A stretch of 64,000 nucleotides of DNA from Patescibacteria group bacterium (GTDB lineage Bacteria > Bacteroidota > Ignavibacteria > Kapaibacteriales > Kapaibacteriaceae), in NCBI GenBank assembly GCA_044376225.1, contig JBILLF010000005.1, positions 820-64,819 of the forward strand. Reading direction: 5' to 3'. A program made the position numbers and the translations under genes. Numbering within the stretch: position 1 is the first letter of the stretch; each line of letters begins with the position of its first letter. Shown here in pieces: positions 26,387 through 37,137 of the stretch. The notes under the pieces are model-generated. The model had not been told where the DNA came from. It saw nothing but the letters and a program-made list of their open reading frames with translations, and did no database searches.

Positions 26387-26524
26387 GTCTCTCGTCTCTC
26401 GTACCCCGGGCCAAGGCCCGGGGCTAATAAATCGATTAACTGTCACTCGTCACTCGTCTCTCGTCTCTTGTACCCCGGGCCAAGGCCCGGGGCTAATAAA
26501 TCGATTAACTGTCTCTCGTCACTT
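26387..26524. repeat. two exact 41-nt cores (period 69 nt), each with 20-nt perfect palindrome CCCCGGGCCAAGGCCCGGGG, interleaved with GTCWCTY heptamer runs
   Basis: The cores GTACCCCGGGCCAAGGCCCGGGGCTAATAAATCGATTAACT at 26401-26441 and 26470-26510 are identical. Heptamer runs lie at 26387-26400, 26442-26469 and 26511-26524. The last heptamer contains the sucD stop codon. Confidence 0.95.
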
Positions 26525-27442
26525 CTTCTTCTTCGGCTTCTGTCCCTCCAGCACCTTCTTCATCGTGATGCCGATCGAGGCTGGGGATTCGACCACGTGG
26601 ATACCGCAGTCGCGCATGGTGGCCATCTTATCGGCGGCTGTGCCCTTGCCCCCTGAGATGATGGCGCCGGCATGACCCATGCGGCGTCCTGGAGGGGCGG
26701 TCTGACCGGCGATGAAACCAACAACAGGCTTCTTGACGTGCTTCTTGATGTACTCGGCGGCTTCTTCCTCGGCGTTACCGCCGATCTCACCGATCATCAC
26801 AATGGCTTTGGTCTCGGGATCCTCGTTGAAGAGCTTAATAGCATCGATAAACCGTGTGCCGATGATTGGGTCTCCGCCAATGCCGATGCAAGTCGTCTGT
26901 CCAAGACCCACATCCGAAAGCTGGCGCACAGCTTCATAGGTAAGTGTACCGGAGCGACTCACCAGGCCCACCGGTCCACCCGGTGTGAAGATGAAGCCCG
27001 GCATGATGCCGATCTTACACTCGCCCGGCGTGATGATGCCAGGACAGTTCGGTCCGATCAAGCGCGTTTGTGAACGCTGCAGTGCGGCCTGAACAGGGAT
27101 CATGTCATTGACCGGGATCCCTTCGGTGATGCAGACGACCACGTCCATGCCGGCTGAGATCGACTCAAGAATCGCATCGGCCGCCATCGGAGCCGGAACG
27201 AAGATGATCGACACATCACAACCGGTTGCCGCGCGGGCTTCGGAAACGGTGTTGAACACGGGAACGGGATGCGTGAATGTATCATCACCCTTTCCGGTGT
27301 ACATTGTACCGCCCTTGCCGGGCGTCACACCGCCGACGACGTTCGTGCCGTAGGCCAGCATCTGCGAGGTGTGGAATGTGCCCTCCCCGCCGGTGATGCC
27401 CTGGACGATGATCTTGGAATTTTTATTGACCAGTACGCTCAT
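26519..27442 (-). CDS. sucD: succinate--CoA ligase subunit alpha
   Basis: [12 protein letters not shown] and [14 protein letters not shown] blocks. The unusual C-terminal tail is QKPKKKK. Confidence 0.95.
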   Translation of the reverse strand: MSVLVNKNSKIIVQGITGGEGTFHTSQMLAYGTNVVGGVTPGKGGTMYTGKGDDTFTHPVPVFNTVSEARAATGCDVSIIFVPAPMAADAILESISAGMDVVVCITEGIPVNDMIPVQAALQRSQTRLIGPNCPGIITPGECKIGIMPGFIFTPGGPVGLVSRSGTLTYEAVRQLSDVGLGQTTCIGIGGDPIIGTRFIDAIKLFNEDPETKAIVMIGEIGGNAEEEAAEYIKKHVKKPVVGFIAGQTAPPGRRMGHAGAIISGGKGTAADKMATMRDCGIHVVESPASIGITMKKVLEGQKPKKKK

Positions 27443-27510
27443 GCTTGCTTGTCCTGTGGTAAAGAGAGCGCGAATTTACGGAAGATGAACCACACCAAAG
27501 GCTGTAAACG

Positions 27511-27954
27511 ATGGTTGAGATTTCCCTGACATACGACGGTGATCTTCGGACCCGCGCTACACATGGTCCTTCAGGAACGGGGCTAATCACGGATGCCCCC
27601 ATCGACAACCATGGTAAAGGTGAGAGTTTTTCGCCCACTGACCTGCTAGCTACGGCGCTGGGATCCTGCATGCTCACCTATGTGGGCCTGACGGCGAATG
27701 CACGGGGCTGGGACGTGCGTGGGACCGAGGTAACGGTCAAAAAGGAGATGGTTGCTGACCCCATCCGACGCGTTGGGCGTCTGACAGTGCACATTCACAT
27801 ACCGTTGGAGCTGACCGATGCAGAGCTGGCCATCGTCGAACGGGCCGTTATCACCTGTCCGGTCAAGGAAAGCATCTCCGAACGAATTCAGGTGCCGGTG
27901 ACGATCACCTGCATACCGACCATTACCCTGCCAGGCGCGCGGCAAGCTCCATAA
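27511..27954 (+). CDS. OsmC-family protein
   Basis: FSPTDLLATALGSCM and AVITCPV blocks. The 3' end overlaps gatA convergently by 32 nt. Confidence 0.8.
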   Translation: MVEISLTYDGDLRTRATHGPSGTGLITDAPIDNHGKGESFSPTDLLATALGSCMLTYVGLTANARGWDVRGTEVTVKKEMVADPIRRVGRLTVHIHIPLELTDAELAIVERAVITCPVKESISERIQVPVTITCIPTITLPGARQAP

Positions 27955-29305
27955 GGCGCTCGTCACTGAACATCGGTCCCTGCAGTTGCATACCGATGGG
28001 AAGCCCCTTGCTATCGCTTCCGAACGGTAGGCTCAGGGCCGGGATGCCAGCGATATTGGCCGACACTGTGAAGTAATCACTCAGCCACATGCTGACCGGA
28101 TCACTCTTCTCACCCAGTCGGAACGCCGTTGTTGGCGTTGTCGGCAGTGCAAAGGCATCGTACGTCTCAAACACACGGTCGTAGGCCTGGCGGACGAGCA
28201 TGCGAGCCTGCTGAGCACGGGTATAATAGGCCTCACCATAGCCCTTTGATAGGGCGAATGTTCCGAGCATAATACGGCGCTGCACCTCTGGACCGAAGCC
28301 CTCGGAGCGACTCGCAGTGGTGATATCCCCGTCGTCAGCATCAGCGCGCAGACCGTAACGGACGCCGTCAAAGCGGGCAAGGTTACTTGATGCTTCCGCG
28401 GTGGCTAGAATGAAATAGGTCGGGATCCAGAGCTGTGAGTGCGGAAGTTCGACATCCTCTATGCTGGCTCCGGCGGCAACGAGGCGCTCACGGAACTCGC
28501 GATAGGCGGCAATGACCTCGTCGGCACAGCCGTCGAGCTGACTCAGCGGAAGGGCGGCGATGCGTGGTCGGTCCGAAAGAGCTGGCACGGTAGGAACCTC
28601 ACGAGCAGAGGTCGAATCCATCGGGTCCGGACCAGAGATCACGCTAAAGACCTCCTGCATGTCCTCTACGGTCTGGGAAAAGATCCCGATCTGATCGAGC
28701 GAGGACGCAAAGGCCACGAGTCCGTGACGTGATACCCGCCCGTAGGTTGGTTTCAGTCCATAGACGCCACAGAATGCTGCTGGCTGCCGGATAGATCCGC
28801 CCGTATCCGAGCCCAATGCCACGTGGCACATGCCGGCTGCTACGGCAACGGCAGACCCGCCGGAGGAACCGCCCGGAACGCGCTCTTGATCAAAGGAGTT
28901 GCGCACCGGACCAAAGGCTGAGGTCTCATTCGACGAGCCCATGGCAAACTCGTCCATATTGGTCTTACCGATGATGACGGCACCGGCGTCCTTAAGGCGT
29001 TCTACGACGGTGGCGTTGTAGAGCGGACGGAATCCCGAAAGCATGCGTGAGGCGCAGGTAAGGGGCTGACCCGACACCGAGATATTGTCCTTGACAGCAA
29101 CGATCAGTCCCTCAAGCGGACGTCCAAGGCCGGCAGCGAAACGCTCATCGCTCTCGGCAGCGGCTGCTTTGGCGCCTTCTTCATCGACGTGCAGAAATGC
29201 TCCGAGATCAGCACGGTGCTTGATGACCTCGAGGACTTCTGCGCAACGTTCGGCAGCGCCTGAGGTACCGCTAATGAATGCTGATCTGTCGCTGGAATAC
29301 GTCAT
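27923..29305 (-). CDS. gatA: Asp-tRNA(Asn)/Glu-tRNA(Gln) amidotransferase subunit A
   Basis: Amidase signature [14 protein letters not shown] and KDNI. Confidence 0.9.
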   Translation of the reverse strand: MTYSSDRSAFISGTSGAAERCAEVLEVIKHRADLGAFLHVDEEGAKAAAAESDERFAAGLGRPLEGLIVAVKDNISVSGQPLTCASRMLSGFRPLYNATVVERLKDAGAVIIGKTNMDEFAMGSSNETSAFGPVRNSFDQERVPGGSSGGSAVAVAAGMCHVALGSDTGGSIRQPAAFCGVYGLKPTYGRVSRHGLVAFASSLDQIGIFSQTVEDMQEVFSVISGPDPMDSTSAREVPTVPALSDRPRIAALPLSQLDGCADEVIAAYREFRERLVAAGASIEDVELPHSQLWIPTYFILATAEASSNLARFDGVRYGLRADADDGDITTASRSEGFGPEVQRRIMLGTFALSKGYGEAYYTRAQQARMLVRQAYDRVFETYDAFALPTTPTTAFRLGEKSDPVSMWLSDYFTVSANIAGIPALSLPFGSDSKGLPIGMQLQGPMFSDERLMELAARLAG

Positions 29306-29682
29306 GCTGTCGGTGATGGTTCGGATTTGTCTGGTGAGGATGAGAGTGAAGCGTCGGGGCCGGCATCCGGTGCCGGACCCTCGGATGATTGATCAGAAGG
29401 AGCGTCCTGTTCGGCAGTGAGCGCCTCAGCGCCTCCACGTGAGACGGGTATGCCGCCGCTCGGCGGACGGATCACGCTGGTCGGGGTCATATCCAGCGCC
29501 TCGCGCACGGCCGCGTCAGCTGAGATGTCGCGGATCTGCTGGGTAAGGTCCTCCTGCGCCTTGCGGAACTGTCGCAGCCCCTTGCCCAGCTGCTGGGCAA
29601 ACTGAGGCAGGCTCTTAGGTCCGAAAAGCAGAAGGACCGCCAGAACAATGACGATCAACTCGGCGCCACCAACGTCAAACAT
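29302..29682 (-). CDS. twin-arginine translocase, TatA/B family (TatB-like)
   Basis: MFDVGGAELIVIVLAVLLLFGPKSLPQFAQQLGKGLRQF followed by a low-complexity tail. Confidence 0.8.
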   Translation of the reverse strand: MFDVGGAELIVIVLAVLLLFGPKSLPQFAQQLGKGLRQFRKAQEDLTQQIRDISADAAVREALDMTPTSVIRPPSGGIPVSRGGAEALTAEQDAPSDQSSEGPAPDAGPDASLSSSPDKSEPSPTA

Positions 29683-29696
29683 TGCGTCGTCGGTGC

Positions 29697-29873
29697 TTAC
29701 TTCGTCTGATTGGGAGGTGTGGATTGATCGTCGGTCTCGCCCGAAGCGGCTTTCTTAAACTCCTTCATTCCGGAGCCCAGGCCACGCATCAGTTCGGGGA
29801 TCTTGCGTCCGCCGAAGAGCAGAAGCAGGACGAGGACGATAATTGCGATCTCGAGTGGGCCTAATCTTCCCAT
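29697..29873 (-). CDS. tatA: twin-arginine translocase subunit TatA (58 aa, below ORF-track cutoff)
   Basis: Manual translation gives [63 protein letters not shown] motif lies 6 nt upstream of the ATG. Confidence 0.85.
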   Translation of the reverse strand: MGRLGPLEIAIIVLVLLLLFGGRKIPELMRGLGSGMKEFKKAASGETDDQSTPPNQTK

Positions 29874-29921
29874 CGGATTCTCCTGGAGAGATGATTCTTA
29901 TGGTTCGTCAAGAGGACAAAC

Positions 29922-30623
29922 TTACGCCACTTCGGCATTGCAGTGGCGCAGCAGACTACGGAAGACCGTCATGCCGTCGGCCGATCCGAGAAGGGGCTCA
30001 CAGGCCCTCTCTGGGTGCGGCATCAGCCCCATCACATTTCGGGACGCATTCGTGATGCCCGCGATGTTAGAAAGGCTGCCGTTGGGGTTGGCCTCATCGG
30101 TAACCTGACCATCCGGTGTGACATAGCGGTAGAGGACCTGACCGGCATCCTCAAGCCCCCTGATCACCTCTTCGGATGCGGTGTAGCGTCCTTCCCCGTG
30201 GGCCACGGGAATACGTAGGATCTGACCGGAGTGGCAGGTGTTAGAGAACGGCGTGTCGAGATTCTCCACGCGCAAATGAACGTCCTTACAGACAAAGCTC
30301 AGGTTACGATTACGAATGAGAGCGCCGGGTAGAAGGCCTGATTCGCACAGGATCTGGAAACCGTTACAGATACCGAAGACCAGTCCGCCGGCATTGGCAA
30401 AGCGGACAACCTCGTTCATGATCGGTGAGAATCGCGCAATTGCGCCTGTTCGCAGGTAATCACCGTACGAGAACCCGCCCGGCAGGATCACCACATCCAG
30501 ACCCGTTGGAAGCTCGGTGTCCTTGTGCCAGAGTGCATGGACCGTTGCCCCTACGAGGGACGCCCCATAGCGGGCATCAGCATCGCAGTTCGAGCCGGGG
30601 AAGGTTACAACACCGACCTTCAT
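29922..30623 (-). CDS. purQ: phosphoribosylformylglycinamidine synthase subunit PurQ
   Basis: [18 protein letters not shown] and MPHPER. Confidence 0.9.
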   Translation of the reverse strand: MKVGVVTFPGSNCDADARYGASLVGATVHALWHKDTELPTGLDVVILPGGFSYGDYLRTGAIARFSPIMNEVVRFANAGGLVFGICNGFQILCESGLLPGALIRNRNLSFVCKDVHLRVENLDTPFSNTCHSGQILRIPVAHGEGRYTASEEVIRGLEDAGQVLYRYVTPDGQVTDEANPNGSLSNIAGITNASRNVMGLMPHPERACEPLLGSADGMTVFRSLLRHCNAEVA

Positions 30624-30904
30624 GCGGCCTCCGCTGCGGCAAGTTCAGTGAGGGTGAACTGATAGTCCTCCATCACCGGGTTCGTCAGCAGCTTGTCACA
30701 GGCCTGACGCACGCTGGCTGATGCTGACTCTTCATCAACGGCCGAAACGGAGAGCTCGATGTGCTTTCCGATGCGAACATTGCCCAGTGAGGGCATGTGC
30801 AGCGAGTGAAGGGCCTGCTCGACGGCCTTGCCCTGCACATCAAGAATGGCCTTACGGAGTGTAACGGTGATGTTTGCGGTGTAGGTCTTCATGGTTCGGA
30901 TCAA
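30620..30904 (-). CDS. purS: phosphoribosylformylglycinamidine synthase subunit PurS
   Basis: [13 protein letters not shown] and NPVMEDY blocks. It overlaps purQ by 4 nt. The start may be the ATG at 30892. Confidence 0.85.
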   Translation of the reverse strand: MIRTMKTYTANITVTLRKAILDVQGKAVEQALHSLHMPSLGNVRIGKHIELSVSAVDEESASASVRQACDKLLTNPVMEDYQFTLTELAAAEAA

Positions 30905-30916
30905 CTCGCAGTGAGA

Positions 30917-31681
30917 TTACATGGTGAACGGATCGGGATCGCCCTCATCGATCGAATCGTCACGGTCGCTGCGGTCGCGAACAAAGACGAACGCGTGACG
31001 CAGCGCACCCCCGATGAGGTAGAGCATCATAAACGGAAACATCGCCGCGAGCTTGGTGACGATGCACAGAATAGTGCCGACGAAAAATACGGAAAACACG
31101 AGGGGCCGCTGGCGGAACGCCCGCATTGACGGCCGTGGAAGGTTGTCGTACTTGATGGTGCTGACCATGGCCAGCGCCGTGATCGCACTAACGGCAGCCA
31201 GTGCATGCGCATGCCATTGCTCAGGCACCTGCTGGTGCCAGATAGCAATGTAGGAAAGGATCGTAAAGGCTCCGGCCGGGATCGGCATGCCCCGGAAGTA
31301 GAGTTTGTCCTCCATGCTCGTCAATTGCACATTGAAGCGGGCCAAACGCAGCACACCGGCCAGCGCCGGCAGAGCGGCAATGACCATCGTCCACTGCGTG
31401 TGCTGCCATGACGTTGGATACGATACGTAGAGGAGGATGGATGGAGCAACACCAAAGGAGACCGCATCGCAGAGCGAATCGAGTTCGACACCGAACTCCG
31501 ATGTGCTATTGGTCAGCCGGGCCACCAACCCGTCCAGCATGTCGAACACCCCAGCCGTGATGATCAGAGCAACAGCCTCGCCCACGCGCTGCTCGAACGC
31601 CGCAATAATGGCTGCAATACCGCAGAACAGGTTAGCCAGCGTGAACAGATTGGGAATGACCGAGCGGGTAACACGCATCAT
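30917..31681 (-). CDS. pssA: CDP-diacylglycerol--serine O-phosphatidyltransferase
   Basis: CDP-alcohol phosphatidyltransferase motif DMLDGLVARLTNSTSEFGVELDSLCD. Confidence 0.85.
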   Translation of the reverse strand: MMRVTRSVIPNLFTLANLFCGIAAIIAAFEQRVGEAVALIITAGVFDMLDGLVARLTNSTSEFGVELDSLCDAVSFGVAPSILLYVSYPTSWQHTQWTMVIAALPALAGVLRLARFNVQLTSMEDKLYFRGMPIPAGAFTILSYIAIWHQQVPEQWHAHALAAVSAITALAMVSTIKYDNLPRPSMRAFRQRPLVFSVFFVGTILCIVTKLAAMFPFMMLYLIGGALRHAFVFVRDRSDRDDSIDEGDPDPFTM

Positions 31682-32364
31682 GAACCGCCGGAGGCGTCAT
31701 CGAGGATGGCAAGGATGTGGCGCGCACTGACTACGCGGTCACCCGGACGGACCATGATCTGACTTCCGGCGGGGACGATGACGTCCATGCGCGAGCCAAA
31801 CTTCATCATTCCAAAACGGTCTCCAACGCGCACCTCATCGGCTGGCTTCGTGTCATAGACGATGCGTCGCGCAAGAAATCCCGTGATCTGCTGGTAGGCA
31901 ATGCGACCATGAGCGGTGCGCAGAACAAACACAGAACGCTCGTTTTCGGAGCTCGATTTCGGATTGAAGGCCATCAGATACTTACCCGGGATGTACTCAA
32001 CCGATTCGACCACACCAGAGGCCGGGTAGCGGTTAACATGCAGGTTCACCGGCGAAAGAAAGATGCTGATCTGCACAGCCGGGCCGCCCAGCAGAGGGTC
32101 GTGATCATGCGGAATGACGTTCACGACTTGTCCATCGGATGGCGCCATCACCAGTCGGGGGTCCGCTTCGGCCTGCTTGAGCAAGGGGCGTTCAGCATCC
32201 CGGAAGAACCACATTGTGAACACGCCGAGAACCGTGCCGAGAAGGCCCGCAAGAACGCTCAGGATACCGTCGAAAAAGCCAAAAGACAGGGCCAGCAGCA
32301 CTAGGCTCAGACCGAGCATCGGAAAGGCGTTGTCGTAGCCGTAAGGTGTTAAGATTCTGAACAT
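31678..32364 (-). CDS. psd: phosphatidylserine decarboxylase family protein
   Basis: C-terminal GDRFGMMKFGSRMDVIVP (self-cleavage G-S region). It is adjacent to and overlaps pssA. Confidence 0.8.
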   Translation of the reverse strand: MFRILTPYGYDNAFPMLGLSLVLLALSFGFFDGILSVLAGLLGTVLGVFTMWFFRDAERPLLKQAEADPRLVMAPSDGQVVNVIPHDHDPLLGGPAVQISIFLSPVNLHVNRYPASGVVESVEYIPGKYLMAFNPKSSSENERSVFVLRTAHGRIAYQQITGFLARRIVYDTKPADEVRVGDRFGMMKFGSRMDVIVPAGSQIMVRPGDRVVSARHILAILDDASGGS

Positions 32365-32458
32365 TTCTGCGTTGTCTGGTCCTCTGGAGGTTCGTAGATT
32401 CGCCCGTCAAAACTAGCACTTTCGAGCCTCTCGGCGCGATCTTCTTTCGGAATCCACC

Positions 32459-33577
32459 ATGAAGTTTACCGTAGCGCTGACGGACCTGCAAAAGGCCCTT
32501 CAGAAGGTCCTCCCTGCCATCCCCGTCAAGAGCACCATGCCTGTCCTGGAGCATCTGCTGGCCGAGCTCAGCGGAAGCGAGCTCACGTTCACGGCCACCG
32601 ATCAGGAGATCTCAATCTCCCTGACAACGGTCGTTGTGGGCGAACGCGACGGTGCTCTCCTGATCCCGGCACGGCAATTCAATGACCTTGTCAAGGAGCT
32701 TGGTTCTTCAGGTTCTGTGGAGGTCACAGCCAATGAACGGAATCAATTGGTATCGCTTCGCACGCCTACAGGCTCGTACGAAATGAAGGCACTTGATGCC
32801 GATGAGTTTCCAAGCATTCCGCCATTTCCAGAGGCCCAGCAGGCAACACTGCGCAAGGAAGACGTCATGCGCATGGCCAACAAGACGGTGTTTGCCGTTT
32901 CGACTGAAGAATATCGGCCAAGCATGACCGGTGTGTTCTTCCAGTTTCGGTCTGACAGCGTCACGGCGGTTGCCACGGACGGATTCCGCCTGTCGCGGGT
33001 GATCGTCGGTGCCGGTGATGAGACCTTTCCGGACGGACTCGAGGCCATCGTCCCGTCACGCTCTGTGGAGCTTCTGCGACGCATTGAAAGCGACGTCACG
33101 ATGGAGATATCGCGCACGCACGCCCGCTTCTCAATCGGTTCGATGACAATTACCACACGTATCATCGACGAGAAGTACCCACCGTATCAGAACGTGATCC
33201 CAGCCGACAACGACAAAACGCTCATCGTTCACCAACGCGAAGTTCTGAGCGCCATCAAGCGCGTCTCGCTCTTTGCTAACACGAATACCAAGCACGTCCG
33301 TTTCCGCATTGAACCATCGTCAATGTCCGTGCATTCGGAAGATGAGGACTCCGGCAGCAAGGGCACGGAGAATATCCCATGCGAGTTCTCGGCAAGTGAC
33401 TATGAAGTTGGTTTCAACTATCGATATCTCGAAGAAGCAATCAAGAACATCACAACGGATGATGACCCGGACCTCAACGTCAAGATGACGTTCTCTTCGC
33501 CGGTACGTGCCGTGCTGATCACCCCTGCGGCCGGAGATGATTCGCTCCTCATGCTCGTCATGCCCGTGAAGATCTGA
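32459..33577 (+). CDS. dnaN: DNA polymerase III subunit beta
   Basis: 372 aa, N-terminus MKFTVALTDLQKALQKV, three-domain length. It sits immediately upstream of recF. Confidence 0.9.
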   Translation: MKFTVALTDLQKALQKVLPAIPVKSTMPVLEHLLAELSGSELTFTATDQEISISLTTVVVGERDGALLIPARQFNDLVKELGSSGSVEVTANERNQLVSLRTPTGSYEMKALDADEFPSIPPFPEAQQATLRKEDVMRMANKTVFAVSTEEYRPSMTGVFFQFRSDSVTAVATDGFRLSRVIVGAGDETFPDGLEAIVPSRSVELLRRIESDVTMEISRTHARFSIGSMTITTRIIDEKYPPYQNVIPADNDKTLIVHQREVLSAIKRVSLFANTNTKHVRFRIEPSSMSVHSEDEDSGSKGTENIPCEFSASDYEVGFNYRYLEEAIKNITTDDDPDLNVKMTFSSPVRAVLITPAAGDDSLLMLVMPVKI

Positions 33578-33588
33578 CGGACATTGAT

Positions 33589-34776
33589 GTGGTCATCCGC
33601 AGCATTCATCTGCACAACATTCGAAATCATGAGCAGTCGGAACTGTCCTTCGTGCCGGGAGTGAACATCCTGACCGGAGGTAACGGCTCCGGAAAGACAT
33701 CAATCCTGGAAGCCCTGAGTCTGTGTGCCATCGCCCGGAGCTTTGTTCCCGTGCCCGACCCGGCACTGATCGCTCATGGACAGGACAGCTGCTCGGCCAA
33801 TGTTACCGCCGAACGTGACCTGGGCGTCCCCTACACGGTGGGCGTAACATTGCGCCACGGCGTGCGCAAGCGCATCACAACCTCCACCCAGACGTCGTGC
33901 TCGCCCCGTGACATCATCGGGGAAATGCCGGTCGTGGTGTTGAGTCCGGACCACAAGGGTATCACCTTTGGAGCGCCGTCCGAGCGACGCTCGTTCGTTG
34001 ATGCCGTCATGGCCCAATCAAGCCGACGCGTCACGGAGCTTCTCTTCGAACACCGTCGCCTGTTCAAGCACCGTAATGCCGTCCTTACAGCCCTGGCCGA
34101 AGGCCGTGCCTCGCGGCAGGACCTGGATGTCTGGACCGAGCAGTTTATCGTGGTCGGTGCGGAGCTGGTCGAACGTCGAGCCCGCTTTCTTGCTGACCTA
34201 ACGGATCGCGTGCGCGCGGCCTACGCGGCGGTGACAGGGGGCTTGGAGGAGATCGATGTGATCTACCGTCCTGATGTACAGGACCATTTACCAGAGACCA
34301 ATCTTCTTTCGGCCGCCGATGTGGCCGAGGCCTATCGTTCTATCGCTCGCTCCCTGCACGCCCGCGAGATCGGGCGCCAGTCGTCGCTCTTCGGACCTCA
34401 AAAAGATGATGTCGCGCTGTTCATCAACGGCGGACTTGTTCGCGAGACGGCTTCGCAGGGTCAGCACAAATCCCTGCTTGTTGCACTGAAGATCGCTGAA
34501 TCAGAGATCCTTCACGAGGTCAGCAACGAGCGTCCGGTTGTCCTGCTGGATGACGTGTTCAGCGAACTTGATGCTGACCGGTGCCGACGTGTGCTGGACC
34601 ACGTAGTGGGTCTGAACATGCAGTGCTTCGTCACGACAACCGACGGCTCCCAGGTGCGAGGCGTGCTCGACTCGGTAGAGCGGCAGCTCGGGCGGTCCGT
34701 CAGCACGCAGATGTCCACGATCGCCTCCGGACGGGTCATGTCCTCTGAGCGCTCCGAAGCGAGGGAGGCCGCATGA
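33589..34776 (+). CDS. recF: DNA replication/repair protein RecF
   Basis: Walker A GGNGSGKTSILEAL, signature SQGQHKSLLVAL and Walker B VVLLDDV. Confidence 0.9.
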   Translation: MVIRSIHLHNIRNHEQSELSFVPGVNILTGGNGSGKTSILEALSLCAIARSFVPVPDPALIAHGQDSCSANVTAERDLGVPYTVGVTLRHGVRKRITTSTQTSCSPRDIIGEMPVVVLSPDHKGITFGAPSERRSFVDAVMAQSSRRVTELLFEHRRLFKHRNAVLTALAEGRASRQDLDVWTEQFIVVGAELVERRARFLADLTDRVRAAYAAVTGGLEEIDVIYRPDVQDHLPETNLLSAADVAEAYRSIARSLHAREIGRQSSLFGPQKDDVALFINGGLVRETASQGQHKSLLVALKIAESEILHEVSNERPVVLLDDVFSELDADRCRRVLDHVVGLNMQCFVTTTDGSQVRGVLDSVERQLGRSVSTQMSTIASGRVMSSERSEAREAA

Positions 34777-35048
34777 TCCAACTGTCTGACCTGCTCAAGT
34801 CTTTCATCACATCGCGGCATCTCGAAGGCGAGCTCGACCGCTCACGTCTTCCCGGGTATTGGGAGGAAGTGGTCGGCAAAGGACTTGCCGCACGCACCCA
34901 GATCCGATCATTCGACAACGGCGTGCTGCGAGTGCACGTGCCTGAGGCCTCGTGGCGTCACGAACTGTCTCTGCGCCGCGATGAACTGCGCCGTTCCATC
35001 AACCACCGTGCGGGTAAAGAACTCGTCCGCGAGATCATCATCCGCTGA
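34773..35048 (+). CDS. DUF721 domain protein
   Basis: 91 aa in the conserved position between recF and gyrB. It overlaps recF by 4 nt. Confidence 0.6.
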   Translation: MIQLSDLLKSFITSRHLEGELDRSRLPGYWEEVVGKGLAARTQIRSFDNGVLRVHVPEASWRHELSLRRDELRRSINHRAGKELVREIIIR

Positions 35049-35073
35049 ATACATCGAAACCTAGGAGAACTCC

Positions 35074-37095
35074 ATGTCAGACGCCAATCAACAACCCCTT
35101 CAACCCGGATACACCGAGGATAGCATCAAGGTCCTCGAAGGCCTTGAGGCCGTCCGCAAACGTCCGGCCATGTACATCGGTGATGTCGGTGAGCGCGGTC
35201 TTCATCACCTCATCCAGGAAGTGGTCGACAACTCGATCGATGAAGCCCTGGCCGGGTACTGCAAGAACATCTTGATCACGCTCAATGCCGACGGGTCCTG
35301 CTCGGTTGCCGACGATGGCCGGGGTATTCCGGTTGGACCGCACCCGGTGAAGAAGATCTCAACGCTCGAAGTGGTTATGTGTACCCTTCACGCCGGTGGC
35401 AAGTTCGACAAGAACACCTACAAAGTGTCAGGGGGCTTGCACGGTGTGGGCGTCAGTTGTGTGAATGCCCTCTCGACCAAGATGCTTGTCACCGTAGAAC
35501 GTGAGGGCAAGAAGTATGAACAGACCTACAGCATCGGCGTTCCGCAGGGTCCAGTCGAAGAGGTTGGCACGTCCAATCGCACGGGTACAACGGTCCGCTT
35601 CTATCCCGATGACACCATCTTTCGCACAGTGGAGTTCCGCTACGAAAAGGTATCGGAGCGGCTGCGCGAGTTGGCATTTCTGAATCCGGATGTGACGATC
35701 ACGCTTGAGGACGAGCGCGATGGCAAGAAGGATGTCTTTGCCTATCGGGGTGGTCTGGTGGACTTCGTGCGCCACCTGGATACCAATGCCACGGCCATCA
35801 CAAAGCCGATCCTGATGAGCGGTGTGGTAGCGAACGAGTCCGGCGTCGAGACAGTCGTGGACGTTTGCTTTGAATACAACTCCGGCTACAGCGAGAACCT
35901 GCTATCCTACGTCAACAACATCAACACTGTTGAAGGCGGCACCCACGTATCGGGCTTCCGCAGCGCTCTGACGCGCACGCTGAATGCGTATGCGGCGGCA
36001 AACAACATGACGAAGAAGGACATCAACCTAACAGGGGAGGACTTCCGTGAGGGCCTCACAGCCGTCGTCTCCGTCAAGGTTGCCGAGCCCCAGTTCGAGG
36101 GTCAGACAAAGACCAAGCTTGGTAACGGTGAGACCGAGGGAATTGTGCGCTCGATCATCAACGAAGAACTCTCCAAGTACCTCGATGCCACGCCGAGCGC
36201 CGCCAAGCACATTATTGAAAAGGCTACGCAGGCCGCCGAGGCTCGGGCTGCTGCCCGCAAGGCCAAGGACCTAATCCGACGCAAGGGTGCTCTCGAGAGC
36301 GGCTCGCTTCCAGGCAAACTGGCCGACTGTTCGCTTCGTACACCAGAGGATACCGAGATCTTCCTCGTCGAGGGTGACTCAGCAGGTGGCTCGGCAAAGC
36401 AAGGCCGCGACCGTCGATTCCAGGCCATCTTGCCCCTAAAGGGCAAGATCCTCAACGTCCACAAGGCACGTCTTACCAAGGTGCTGGAGAACGAAGAAGT
36501 TCGGACGATCTTCACCGCTATTGGGGCCGGCTTCGGCGACGACTTTGATGTAGCCAAGGCCCGTTACGGCAAGATCATTCTCATGGCCGATGCCGATGTT
36601 GACGGGTCGCACATCCGCACTCTGCTTCTGACCTTGTTCTGGAAGCACATGCCGGATCTGATCAACGACGGACGTCTGTACATCGCTCAGCCCCCTCTCT
36701 ACAAGCTCAAGAAGGGCAAGACCGAGGTGTATGCCTACAACGATGCCGAGCGCGATGAGGCCATTTCCCGAATCCGCAAGGAAAAGGCTGAACGTAAGGC
36801 CGCCAAGAGCGCCGAAGCCGGACTCCCCGAGGAGACTGCTGCGGAGGCCCCCATTGAGGAAGGGGCCACAGCCGACGGTATTGTGATCAGTCGCTTCAAG
36901 GGGCTTGGGGAGATGAACCCGGAACAACTCTGGGCCACCACCATGAACCCCGAAACGCGCACTCTGCTGCGTGTGAGCATCGAGAATGCTGCCGAGGCGA
37001 TGCATGTCTTCGAAACTCTTATGGGCGAGGCCGTCGAACCGCGACGCGAGTTCATTGAGCGCAATGCCCAGTACGTGAAGAACCTCGACATCTGA
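35074..37095 (+). CDS. gyrB: DNA gyrase subunit B
   Basis: GLHHLIQEVVDNSIDEA, HAGGKFD, LVEGDSAGGSAKQGRDR and PLKGKILNV. Confidence 0.97.
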   Translation: MSDANQQPLQPGYTEDSIKVLEGLEAVRKRPAMYIGDVGERGLHHLIQEVVDNSIDEALAGYCKNILITLNADGSCSVADDGRGIPVGPHPVKKISTLEVVMCTLHAGGKFDKNTYKVSGGLHGVGVSCVNALSTKMLVTVEREGKKYEQTYSIGVPQGPVEEVGTSNRTGTTVRFYPDDTIFRTVEFRYEKVSERLRELAFLNPDVTITLEDERDGKKDVFAYRGGLVDFVRHLDTNATAITKPILMSGVVANESGVETVVDVCFEYNSGYSENLLSYVNNINTVEGGTHVSGFRSALTRTLNAYAAANNMTKKDINLTGEDFREGLTAVVSVKVAEPQFEGQTKTKLGNGETEGIVRSIINEELSKYLDATPSAAKHIIEKATQAAEARAAARKAKDLIRRKGALESGSLPGKLADCSLRTPEDTEIFLVEGDSAGGSAKQGRDRRFQAILPLKGKILNVHKARLTKVLENEEVRTIFTAIGAGFGDDFDVAKARYGKIILMADADVDGSHIRTLLLTLFWKHMPDLINDGRLYIAQPPLYKLKKGKTEVYAYNDAERDEAISRIRKEKAERKAAKSAEAGLPEETAAEAPIEEGATADGIVISRFKGLGEMNPEQLWATTMNPETRTLLRVSIENAAEAMHVFETLMGEAVEPRREFIERNAQYVKNLDI

Positions 37096-37107
37096 CGCTA
37101 AAAAGAA

Positions 37108-37137
37108 GACCCCGCATGTCTGCACTCATGCGGGGTC
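37108..37137. terminator. hairpin after gyrB (GACCCCGCATG / CATGCGGGGTC)
   Basis: 11-bp perfect stem. The A-run lies on the 5' side, so there is no T-tract in the gyrB direction. The function is ambiguous. Confidence 0.4.

Noticed and set aside
26519-27442. sucD without an adjacent sucC as an anomaly
   Set aside because: As I recall, scattered sucC and sucD genes are common in FCB-group genomes, and the other subunit is probably encoded elsewhere.
32365-32458. Replication origin next to dnaN-recF-gyrB (genes diverge here)
   Set aside because: No dnaA gene is adjacent. The 94-nt spacer has at most one partial DnaA-box-like sequence (GAATCCACC) and no AT-rich unwinding element. Gene orientation flips again at 37.2 kb. 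GC-skew over the whole replicon would be needed.
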